A stretch of 64,000 nt of DNA from Candidatus Magasanikiibacteriota bacterium (lineage in GTDB: Bacteria > Patescibacteriota > Patescibacteriia > Magasanikbacterales > 2-02-FULL-50-9b): positions 7,252 through 71,251 of the forward strand of contig CALRDW010000002.1 in NCBI GenBank assembly GCA_943355025.1, written 5' to 3'. A program made the translations under genes and the position numbers. Below the pieces are notes generated by a model, which had not been told where the DNA came from, ran no database searches, and saw nothing but the letters and a program-made list of their open reading frames with translations. Shown here piece by piece: positions 29,631-37,820 of this stretch (position 1 is the stretch's first letter; each line of letters opens with the position of its first letter).

Positions 29631-29812
29631 TTCAACAGAATTCGGAAGTTTATGAGTAGTTCAATACAGTGATTCAACATGCACCCAAAGAATTAAATAT
29701 TACTTCTCAGGGAGAGATGAACATGAGCTCCCGTCGAAGTAATATTTAATTCTTTGGGGATACGTTCATTCAGGTGTTATACTACTCCCATGCTTCCCAA
29801 TCCTTTTCAAAA
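29629..29812. repeat. ~185-nt rod-shaped palindromic element, copy 2
   Basis: Perfect 23-bp inverted repeat 29684-29706/29736-29758, inner gggag/ctccc stem; ~80% identical to 2459-2643. Confidence 0.9.
29775..29792 (+). promoter_or_regulatory. extended -10 promoter with leaderless start
   Basis: TGtTATACT-N6-ATG; the same arrangement occurs at 2606-2623. Confidence 0.55.
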
Positions 29813-30992
29813 ACCTCTCACAGAGTTTAAAGACACAGATCCTCTTAAGAACAGAGAGATTGTTAGAGAACTTCTCGGACCAGAGGGAGTACATAAATAT
29901 AGAAAGATATTAGGAGACACTTCAGACCCTACTCCAAAGCGAGACAAAGAACTCTCTAAAGAAGATCTCCTTGCCATGGCGGCAGAAGCCCACTCTAAAA
30001 TAGATACACTGTCCAGAGACTCAGTAAAGCCAATCCTCGAGCGCCTCATAGAGCGCCAATACACTTCTCAGATCCAATCTCTGCAAGAGATTGGATTCCT
30101 AGAACCTCTCGTACCACAAAAAAAGAAAGGCTTTACCATTTTCAAATCAAAAGAACCAGAAGAAACTACACCAGAGAAACTAGGGGCTACAGACATCCTC
30201 GGTACCTTCCGAGAAGTTCCAACCGAAGAAGCCATCAAAAATCACTTCCTCTCCATTCCTAACATCAAACAAAAGATAGATCAAGGATTCACCCGACTTC
30301 TCATCGTTCCATTCGGAACTTCTCTCGACACCCTCCGCTCTAAAACAGGAGAGCTTATCAAGAAGCATAAGAAAGAAAACAAACTTCTCGCAGAAGATGG
30401 AACAGAATTAGAACTCGACACTACAACACCACTCTGGGCATGGGACGGCTATAACAACGCAGACAAGAGCGGGAAACTCGTCTATTACCCAGAGCAATTC
30501 AATAAAGAAAATCACAACGGTACAACTAAAACAGAACTCCTTTCGTCCACCCCGTCAAACCAAGCAAACTCTTCCACACCAAACACCAATCCATTCCCCG
30601 GCTACCATATTCTTCTTATTCAGGAAGACACACAGATTCCACGAGAAGGAAAGGGAACAGCAAAAGCAGGGAGAGATAAAATAGAAGCAGGTAAGTCTCC
30701 AAACGACTATTTAGAACTTCTAAGAACTGATCCTAACTACTCAAAAGAACTCGGTCTCACTCCAGAAGATTGGCTCACTCTCTTTGCAACGAATCTTAAT
30801 CAGAAGAACAAAGTTATTAATGACTGGCAGTCAAATAAAGACAGTATTAATTATCTAGTCGGTAGTTATTTTCCAGATTCTGACGACGTCCCGAACGCGT
30901 GCTGGGACCGTGGCGCTCGGCGGGCGCACTTGTACGGGGGCGAGCCGACGAACGCGTACGAGCATTTTGGCGTTGCTGGCGCGGTGGGGTGA
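29790..30992 (+). CDS. putative DGR target protein (CLec fold) with C-terminal variable region
   Basis: C-terminus VPNACWDRGARRAHLYGGEPTNAYEHFGVAGAVG matches the CPR DGR target pattern. Composition switches abruptly to GC-rich, A-poor at ~30882, and hairpins follow the stop. Confidence 0.7.
   Translation: MLPNPFQKPLTEFKDTDPLKNREIVRELLGPEGVHKYRKILGDTSDPTPKRDKELSKEDLLAMAAEAHSKIDTLSRDSVKPILERLIERQYTSQIQSLQEIGFLEPLVPQKKKGFTIFKSKEPEETTPEKLGATDILGTFREVPTEEAIKNHFLSIPNIKQKIDQGFTRLLIVPFGTSLDTLRSKTGELIKKHKKENKLLAEDGTELELDTTTPLWAWDGYNNADKSGKLVYYPEQFNKENHNGTTKTELLSSTPSNQANSSTPNTNPFPGYHILLIQEDTQIPREGKGTAKAGRDKIEAGKSPNDYLELLRTDPNYSKELGLTPEDWLTLFATNLNQKNKVINDWQSNKDSINYLVGSYFPDSDDVPNACWDRGARRAHLYGGEPTNAYEHFGVAGAVG
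30882..30992 (+). other. putative DGR variable region (VR) with IMH
   Basis: NNC/NNT codons (GAC GAC AAC TGC GAC GGC GCT CAC TAC GGC AAC TAC CAT) alternate with A-free scaffold codons (GTC CCG GCG TGG CGT CGG TTG). Confidence 0.65.
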
Positions 30993-31037
30993 ATTAAACT
31001 TTAATTTTTCATTCTTTCTTTAACTTTTATTTTTATT

Positions 31038-31107
31038 TTTACGGCGAAAAGTAACCTGCTGTGATGTAGGCTGCCGTAAATTCCGACGCTAGAGCAGTGT
31101 GGAAATT
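31038..31107 (+). other. hairpins downstream of the VR (candidate DGR cis element)
   Basis: tttacggc...gccgtaaa enclosing cctgc/gtagg, then ttcc-g-acgct...agtgt-ggaa, after a T-rich spacer. Confidence 0.45.
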
Positions 31108-31218
31108 GTAAATATAAATATATTTTTACACCACTGAAGCCTAGGAGCAAAAGTAATTATAATCCCCACCGCTCCGTTGTGAAAAACATAAATCAACAGT
31201 AGTTGAGATTTCGGCAGA

Positions 31219-31247
31219 TTGACAAAAAGATAAAAGGATGCTAATCT
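31219..31247 (+). promoter_or_regulatory. sigma70-type promoter
   Basis: TTGACA-N17-TAATCT with TG extension. Confidence 0.65.
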
Positions 31248-31327
31248 CCGAATCGCTTCTGCTCTGCGCTGTGCACGCTGAAGTGGTCGGTTTAGGTCCT
31301 ACACAATTGGTTTTTGAGGAGAGTACG

Positions 31328-31999
31328 ATGGCAGGCCAGGAAAAAATTAATGGCGAGAATCCGGAGGTGTATTTTGCCGCGTGCTCCGCGGGACATCCGA
31401 AGCATCCGGATGGGCGATGTACGCCACACAAGTTTTCGATCGAGTTTTTCCCATTTGGAAGCAAGCTGTTTCCCGGTGAGCCAGTTGTGCTGCTTAACGA
31501 TGGTTTTAACATCGTTGACTTTAGTCCATCGTGGTCAAAGAGTAGCGCGATCGAATTGATTCGTCGGCTGACGAATTTACCGTGCGGCGGAAGCATCGAA
31601 CCATCGGATGTGATCGAGCTGGAAAAAAAGTTGGACACCTGGGATATGCCCCAAGAGGCAACCTTGTCCGATAAGTTGTATGCAGCTCATTGCGTTACTC
31701 TAAAGAACCATCGAGCCATCTGTGCAAAAATCAAAAGTCTTGAGCTGAGTTTGGGCGGTATGGCTGAGTCGTTTGATGGTATAAAACAACTCATCGCCAA
31801 CGCACAGGCAGCTACAGAACAGCAGATTAGCGTACTCCAAGCCAGCAATGATAATCTTACGACGAAGAATGCGCAACTCGAAGACGAACTACGGCGCGTT
31901 CGTACGGCGAATGAACTAGCTCATCAGGCCAATCGAGAGCTGAGGGCGCAGCTCGGCGCTCACACAGAAATCGAAGGATGTAGATCTTGGAACGAATAA
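31328..31999 (+). CDS. hypothetical protein with C-terminal coiled coil
   Basis: GAGGAG SD; heptad-rich C-terminus; Cys/His cluster near the N-terminus. Confidence 0.6.
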   Translation: MAGQEKINGENPEVYFAACSAGHPKHPDGRCTPHKFSIEFFPFGSKLFPGEPVVLLNDGFNIVDFSPSWSKSSAIELIRRLTNLPCGGSIEPSDVIELEKKLDTWDMPQEATLSDKLYAAHCVTLKNHRAICAKIKSLELSLGGMAESFDGIKQLIANAQAATEQQISVLQASNDNLTTKNAQLEDELRRVRTANELAHQANRELRAQLGAHTEIEGCRSWNE

Positions 32000-32013
32000 C
32001 ATAAACGAGGTAA

Positions 32014-32062
32014 TGCGCGCCCCAAATTGTTCTGCGGAACAAGGGTGGGCGCGCTGTTTTTA
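32014..32062. terminator. intrinsic terminator
   Basis: gcgcgccc...gggcgcgc followed by tgttttt. Confidence 0.6.
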
Positions 32063-34006
32063 TTTCGCGATATTTTTTATTTCATTGAATATTTCTGAGT
32101 GCTGAATATGTGCGAGTGCGCCGACATCACGGCCGAGATACGCAGCAACGTATTTTTTTCGTGGAATTTTTCCAGATAATGTTCGAGGCGCCGCGGTAAT
32201 TATAAAAAATTCATCGGGCTTTGCAAGCGGATCGTATACTTCGCCAACACGGCGGCGAAGCCCGGGGATCGCCGCCTCAGCATCTGCTGTTGAAACTTCC
32301 GTGGCCGCAACAAGAAAACATACGATTTTTTGGCCCCATTCGTTGTGCGGAACTCCGATCGCAATAGCCTCTTTAATTAGATGCTCTGGCGCACTCGTGA
32401 GCGCCGCTTCGATTTTAACCGGATCAATCTTTACAGCTTTGCGTACGATTAAATCATCTGCGCGTCCCGTCAAAAACCAGTAACCATCCTCATCACTATA
32501 TCCACGATCACCGTGGCGCCACTCATTTTTATTTTCTGAAAAGTACGTCTCTTCAAAGAGACTCTGATTTTTAAAAAACCCACGCGACATCGAAGGAAAT
32601 GGTTTTCGGCACACAAGAAATCCCTCCTCATTTGTTTTTGCATCAATATCTTCGTCTGTTACGATTGCAACATCCATTCCAAGTCCGCGTGTGCCGACGC
32701 TTGAAATTTTTTGCGGCATAATCGGGAGCGGTGAAACAAAGCATCCGATCAATTCTGTGCCGCCAGAAATATTCATGATGGGGCAGCGGCTGCCACCTAT
32801 TTTTTCGAAAAACCATCGGTACTCTTTTTCGCCGAGCGGCATGCCGGTTGATCCGAGAATGCGTAGATCTGGAAAACGCGTGTTTTCGTATGCACCAGAA
32901 TGCATGAGCTGTGAAATTTGCGGTGGCGTTGTTCCAAAAATAGTAACGCGATAATCCGTCAGGATTCGTTCGAGTCTGTGGGGTTTTGGGTGGAGGAGCG
33001 AGCCAGTTGCGATTACAATCGTGCCGCAAAAAAAATGTACACCAACAAGTTCCCACGGCGCCATCATCCATCCGAAATCTGTTGTCCAAAAAAAGACATC
33101 ATTTTTTTCTGTTTGATAATCAAATATATATCCGATTTCTTTTGCAGTTTGCGCGATCACTCCACCATGCGTGTGCACAATCATTTTTTGTTTTCCGGTT
33201 GTACCGGAAGAAAATAAAATGAGCGCAACAGTTTCAGCGGCAAGATTTTTTGTCGCGGGCGTTTTTGTGTGCGCGCTGGCGACCAAAAATTGTTCCCACG
33301 TTTTTGTGTGCGCAAGATTTTTAAATGGAGTGTCGACTGCCGGAAAAATTATTTGTTCAAGATTATTTTCTGAGAGTAACGCGTGTGTGCGGTCAAGTGA
33401 AAAAATTCGTCCCGCGTTTTGATATCCGTTGTCAACAAAAATGACATGTGCGTCGCCAGCATGCGCAAATTCCGCAACTTGTTCTGCACCAAGACGCGGA
33501 GAAATTTGCATGACTGCGACGCCGAGTTTAAAACCCGCATACATGAGTGCAACAGACTCTGGCGAGAGGCTCATACAGGAACATATCACGTCGCCAGAAG
33601 AAATTCCTCGTGCCGTGAGCCCTCGTGCGACCTCGTCAATTTTTTGTGCGAGCCTTGTATAAGTTATGGTTTCATTAACGCCGTTTTCTGTATCAAAAAT
33701 GAGCGCGACCGCATCGCCTCGACCTTCTGCATTGTGTCGGTCGACACAATTATCCGTAATATTTAATTCACCGCCGCTGAACCAGGTTGCGCGTGAAAAA
33801 CCGCCAGAGGCATCAAGAAGAGTGGTGTATGGTTTTTGCCACGAAACGCCGAGATCGTCGAGTGCTGCGCGCCAAAACCACTCAGTATTGTTGCATGATC
33901 GGTTGACGAGTTCTTGCCAGCTTGCAATAGTGTGTGTACGTATGAAACGAGCGACGCGGCTCGTCTCCAGCAGCTCTTTTGTTGGTTGCCACACGAATTT
34001 ATGCAT
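32060..34006 (-). CDS. acetyl-/acetoacetyl-CoA synthetase-like AMP-forming ligase
   Basis: ILFSSGTTGKQK, ISGGTE, WRHGD, GRADD, PRTLSGK. Confidence 0.88.
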   Translation of the reverse strand: MHKFVWQPTKELLETSRVARFIRTHTIASWQELVNRSCNNTEWFWRAALDDLGVSWQKPYTTLLDASGGFSRATWFSGGELNITDNCVDRHNAEGRGDAVALIFDTENGVNETITYTRLAQKIDEVARGLTARGISSGDVICSCMSLSPESVALMYAGFKLGVAVMQISPRLGAEQVAEFAHAGDAHVIFVDNGYQNAGRIFSLDRTHALLSENNLEQIIFPAVDTPFKNLAHTKTWEQFLVASAHTKTPATKNLAAETVALILFSSGTTGKQKMIVHTHGGVIAQTAKEIGYIFDYQTEKNDVFFWTTDFGWMMAPWELVGVHFFCGTIVIATGSLLHPKPHRLERILTDYRVTIFGTTPPQISQLMHSGAYENTRFPDLRILGSTGMPLGEKEYRWFFEKIGGSRCPIMNISGGTELIGCFVSPLPIMPQKISSVGTRGLGMDVAIVTDEDIDAKTNEEGFLVCRKPFPSMSRGFFKNQSLFEETYFSENKNEWRHGDRGYSDEDGYWFLTGRADDLIVRKAVKIDPVKIEAALTSAPEHLIKEAIAIGVPHNEWGQKIVCFLVAATEVSTADAEAAIPGLRRRVGEVYDPLAKPDEFFIITAAPRTLSGKIPRKKYVAAYLGRDVGALAHIQHSEIFNEIKNIAK

Positions 34007-34072
34007 AAGAATTGGCTTAATGCTACCAAATATGTACAAGAAAGGGAAGTTGTGTTAGACTCTTCAGTTGTT

Positions 34073-35191
34073 ATGACACCAAACAAAGTTTTTATTTTTG
34101 GTTACGCACGAACACCTTTTGGAAAATTTCAGGGTATTTTTAAGGATGTTTCGGCGCGAGACTTGGGCGCGGCCGCTGTTCGGGAGGCAATTATACGCGC
34201 TGGTGTTCCAGTCACAAACATTGACGCTGTTTATTTTGGAAATGCGCTTCAAGCACGCGGGGGACAAAATCCAGCGCGACAAATTTTGTTAGCAGCTGGA
34301 ATTCCGGAAACGGCTGCTGCTGAGACAATTAATAAAGTGTGTTCATCATCGCTCGCAGCGCTTGCACACGGGCTGCGTGAAATTCAGGATGGCCACGCAA
34401 CGTACGTTGTTGTTGGCGGCGTTGAAAGCATGAGCACTGCACCGTTTTTGAACGAGGATGGTTTGTCGGATGCATATGGGGAACACAAATCCATGGGTGA
34501 ACTTGCGGAAATTTTTGCGCAGGACAAAAAAATTTCTCGCGCTGATCAAGATGCGTGGGCCATTCGAAGTAATGCACGCGCGTATGCTGCGATGCAGAAC
34601 AATATTTTAAAAAAAGAAATTATACCGTTTGAACTCAAAGGTAAAATATTCGAGACTGATGAATGTGTTCGTGAATCGGCGCCAGAAAAAATAAAATCCT
34701 TGCCTCCAATCTTTGATGCATCGACCGGAATGATAACGGCGGCGTCAGCTTCTAAAATATGCGACGGTGCAGCAGCACTGGTGCTTGGCGGCGAGAACGC
34801 GCGAGAATTATTTTCTGCAGAGCCACTTGCCCGAGTTGTCGATGTTGTTTCATTTTCAACACGCCCCGCCGAATACACAGGCGCTCCTGTCGGCGCGATT
34901 CGTAAACTGTTAGAAAAAAATAATTTGCGCGTCGAGGAGATCGATGCATTTGAAATACATGAGGCGTTTGCAGCGACAGCTTGTTTCGCGGTGCGTGAGC
35001 TCGGAATTTCAGAGGCTCGTGTAAATATTTTTGGTGGTGCACTTGCAATCGGTCATCCGCTTGCGACGTCTGGTGCGCGACTCGTTGGCAGCCTAGCTCT
35101 TCGAATTGCTCGCGCTGAATGCACACGCGCAATCGCTGTAACGTGTAATGGCGGTGGCGAAGCCGTTGCCGCACTACTTGAAAAAATATGA
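34073..35191 (+). CDS. thiolase (acetyl-CoA C-acyltransferase)
   Basis: RTPFG, NKVCSS, DGAAA, EIHEAF, GHPL, CNGGG. Confidence 0.9.
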   Translation: MTPNKVFIFGYARTPFGKFQGIFKDVSARDLGAAAVREAIIRAGVPVTNIDAVYFGNALQARGGQNPARQILLAAGIPETAAAETINKVCSSSLAALAHGLREIQDGHATYVVVGGVESMSTAPFLNEDGLSDAYGEHKSMGELAEIFAQDKKISRADQDAWAIRSNARAYAAMQNNILKKEIIPFELKGKIFETDECVRESAPEKIKSLPPIFDASTGMITAASASKICDGAAALVLGGENARELFSAEPLARVVDVVSFSTRPAEYTGAPVGAIRKLLEKNNLRVEEIDAFEIHEAFAATACFAVRELGISEARVNIFGGALAIGHPLATSGARLVGSLALRIARAECTRAIAVTCNGGGEAVAALLEKI

Positions 35192-35871
35192 AAATAACAT
35201 ACGTAATTTCAACGATCAAATCATGGAATATCGATGCAGCACTCGAGCTGCAAAAGAATGATCTTGATCATAATTGGGTAATTATTTCAGACAAAAAAGA
35301 TTTGACTACCGAATCTCTTAAAGAATTAAATCCGCGATATATTTTTTTCCCACACTGGTCATGGATTATTCCGGAGGATATTTTTTCTACATACGAATGC
35401 GTTGTCTTTCATATGACAGACCTGCCGTATGGTCGTGGTGGGAGTCCTCTTCAAAATTTAATTGTGCGCGGACACGACAAAACTTTCGTGAGTGCGATTC
35501 GAGTTGTGCGCGAGATGGATGCGGGCGACGTCTATATGAAACAACCTGTTTCACTTGCGGGAACGGCTGATGATATTTTGCAGCGCGTATCAAAATGTTC
35601 GTTTGAAATGATTAAAGAAATAATTGTATCAGAACCAGTGCCATCGCCTCAGGTTGGCGACGTAACAGAGTTTAAACGACGCAAACCAGAAGAAGGATCG
35701 TTGGCACCACTTGCATCGCTGCAAGAAGTTTATAATCATATTCGGATGCTCGACGGCGAGGGGTATCCGCGCGCATTTTTAGAGACGGAACACATGCGTT
35801 TTGAATTTGAGGATGCGGAAATTACAAATGAGAAACTTGTTGCGCGAGTCACGATCAAGAAAAAAATATGA
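35188..35871 (+). CDS. Fmt-like sugar formyltransferase
   Basis: FPHWSW, FHMTDLPYGRGGSPLQN, MDAG, IRMLDGEGYP. Confidence 0.85.
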   Translation: MKITYVISTIKSWNIDAALELQKNDLDHNWVIISDKKDLTTESLKELNPRYIFFPHWSWIIPEDIFSTYECVVFHMTDLPYGRGGSPLQNLIVRGHDKTFVSAIRVVREMDAGDVYMKQPVSLAGTADDILQRVSKCSFEMIKEIIVSEPVPSPQVGDVTEFKRRKPEEGSLAPLASLQEVYNHIRMLDGEGYPRAFLETEHMRFEFEDAEITNEKLVARVTIKKKI

Positions 35872-36539
35872 AGAAAATAATTTTAGTTATTGCAGCGCAT
35901 CCGGATGACGAATTATTGGGCGTGGGCGCAACTCTTGCTGCGCATGTACGGGACGGCGACGATGTTTTTTGTGTAATCCTTGGTGAAGGAATGAATTCGC
36001 GTGAAGGCGCGCAGAGTGAAGAGCTTGCAGCGCTTCACGCCAACGCGCGCACGGCTGGTGCGATTATTGGTTTTAAGGAAATGTATTTTTGCAATGTACC
36101 TGACAACGCATTCGATACCGTTAGTTTACTTTCGATCACACAAAGGGTTGAAAAATATATCGCGGAAATTAAACCAGAAGTAATCTATACGCATCACGGT
36201 GGCGACCTCAACATTGATCACCGCCTAACGTTTCAGGCTGTACTCACAGCATGCCGACCCTGTAATGAACATGCTCCGCAGATTTTATATACATTTGAAA
36301 CTGTTTCGTCGACTGAATGGCAAAGCAAAGATGCACAACAATTTAAACCAACGTCGTATAAAAATATCGAAGCAACATTTGAAATTAAATTGCGCGCGCT
36401 TCGATGTTATGTTTCTGAGATGCGTGAGTTTCCACATTCACGATCGGAAAAAGGTCTCGAAGTTTTGGCGCAGTATCGCGGCATGGAATCGGGAATGCTT
36501 CTCGCTGAGGCATTTTGTCTTGTACGTCAAAAAATATGA
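35868..36539 (+). CDS. PIG-L family N-deacetylase
   Basis: AAHPDDE, THHGGDLNIDH, AEAF. Confidence 0.9.
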   Translation: MKKIILVIAAHPDDELLGVGATLAAHVRDGDDVFCVILGEGMNSREGAQSEELAALHANARTAGAIIGFKEMYFCNVPDNAFDTVSLLSITQRVEKYIAEIKPEVIYTHHGGDLNIDHRLTFQAVLTACRPCNEHAPQILYTFETVSSTEWQSKDAQQFKPTSYKNIEATFEIKLRALRCYVSEMREFPHSRSEKGLEVLAQYRGMESGMLLAEAFCLVRQKI

Positions 36540-37018
36540 ATCAGAAAAACAGCTTTATAGCACCACAATTAAATTTTCGCCGCGCGTGTTTGAGTGACTC
36601 AGACCGATTGCTTGGTTGGAGAAACGACCCAGATGCGCGCATCAATTTTTTTAATACCAATGAGGTTTCACAGGCTAATCATGAGGCATGGTTTTTTGAT
36701 GTTTTGCAAAATAAAAATCAGATTCTTTATATCATTGAGACACGGGGCTGTTTGCCGATTGGACAAATGCGTTTTGATATTGACGGAGAATGTGCAGAGA
36801 TTAGCATTACGATAGGAAAAAAATATCGTGGCCGCGGCTATGGCAGCGAAGCAATAAGGCAGGGGACACGGCTTTTTTTTCAAGAAAATATAGGTGTTAA
36901 GAGTATAATTGCACAGATAAAAAATATAAACGAGATCTCTATCCGCTCTTTCATTCGTGCTGGGTTTATGATGAGTGCCTCAATGGCTAATACAACAAAA
37001 TTGATTTTGATGAAATAA
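36536..37018 (+). CDS. PseH-like GNAT N-acyltransferase
   Basis: WRND...HEAWF, IGQMRFD, RGRGYG, N..SIRSF..AGF. Confidence 0.8.
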   Translation: MNQKNSFIAPQLNFRRACLSDSDRLLGWRNDPDARINFFNTNEVSQANHEAWFFDVLQNKNQILYIIETRGCLPIGQMRFDIDGECAEISITIGKKYRGRGYGSEAIRQGTRLFFQENIGVKSIIAQIKNINEISIRSFIRAGFMMSASMANTTKLILMK

Positions 37019-37349
37019 TCTCTTTATTTTGAACGGCGGATCCGCAAATTTGTCGCGTACGTCGCTCTGGGATCACGAAGAAGTTTCATTTTTTGTTGCT
37101 GGTGGAACCCCGCTGCAGGCGCAAATTAATACGCAAACGAGGGCAACGATTGAGAGGTTGAGGTCTGGGCGAGGTAGTGCCCCGTCTTCGGCGTAGCCTG
37201 TTTAGCTGTATAATTAGCCCATAAATTGACCGATTCGCCCCGTTGACACAGAGGGTTGTTGTACTGTAAGCTAGGCCAATCATTCCAAACTCATAAACTC
37301 TCATCTGCTGGACCCTCGGAATGTTTGGGCCCACAGAGTAACCAATTGT

Positions 37350-37817
37350 ATGCCAACAATCAGTCAACTGATTCGAAAAGGGCGTACGTCGGCGAAGAAG
37401 AAGAGCAAGTCTCCTGCAATGCAGTGGACTTTGGATTCTCTCCACCGTCGTCGTCACGAAATTAAGGGCGGCGCGCCATATAAGCGCGGCGTTTGTACAA
37501 AGGTCACAACCATGACCCCAAAGAAACCTAACTCAGCTATCCGTAAGATCGCTCGTATTCGGTTATCAAACGGCATGGAAGTCACAGCGTATATTCCAGG
37601 TGAAGGTCATAATCTTCAAGAGCACTCAATCGTTATGATTCGTGGTGGTCGTGTTAAGGATTTGCCAGGTGTTCGCTACCACGTTGTTCGTGGTGTATTT
37701 GATGCACAAGGTGTTGCGGGTCGTCGTCGCAGCCGTTCAATCTACGGTGTAAAGCGTCCAAAAGCAGGCGCAGCAGCTCCAGCAGCTAAGGGAGCCCCAA
37801 AAAAAGGTAAGAAATAA
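37350..37817 (+). CDS. rpsL: 30S ribosomal protein S12
   Basis: [27 protein letters not shown]. Confidence 0.99.
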   Translation: MPTISQLIRKGRTSAKKKSKSPAMQWTLDSLHRRRHEIKGGAPYKRGVCTKVTTMTPKKPNSAIRKIARIRLSNGMEVTAYIPGEGHNLQEHSIVMIRGGRVKDLPGVRYHVVRGVFDAQGVAGRRRSRSIYGVKRPKAGAAAPAAKGAPKKGKK

Positions 37818-37820
37818 TAT

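Noticed and set aside
29754-29789. Upstream TTG start given in the ORF track
   Set aside because: It lies inside the hairpin arm and upstream of the -10 box; ATG 29790 fits a leaderless start and is conserved in copy 1.
33914-34072. Overlapping N-terminal extensions of the thiolase and acyl-CoA ligase
   Set aside because: Family similarity begins at ATG 34073 (+) and ATG 34006 (-), leaving a normal divergent gap.
37086-37110. tmRNA or tRNA 3' end (TCCACCA on the minus strand)
   Set aside because: No preceding T-arm consensus, so it was not called.
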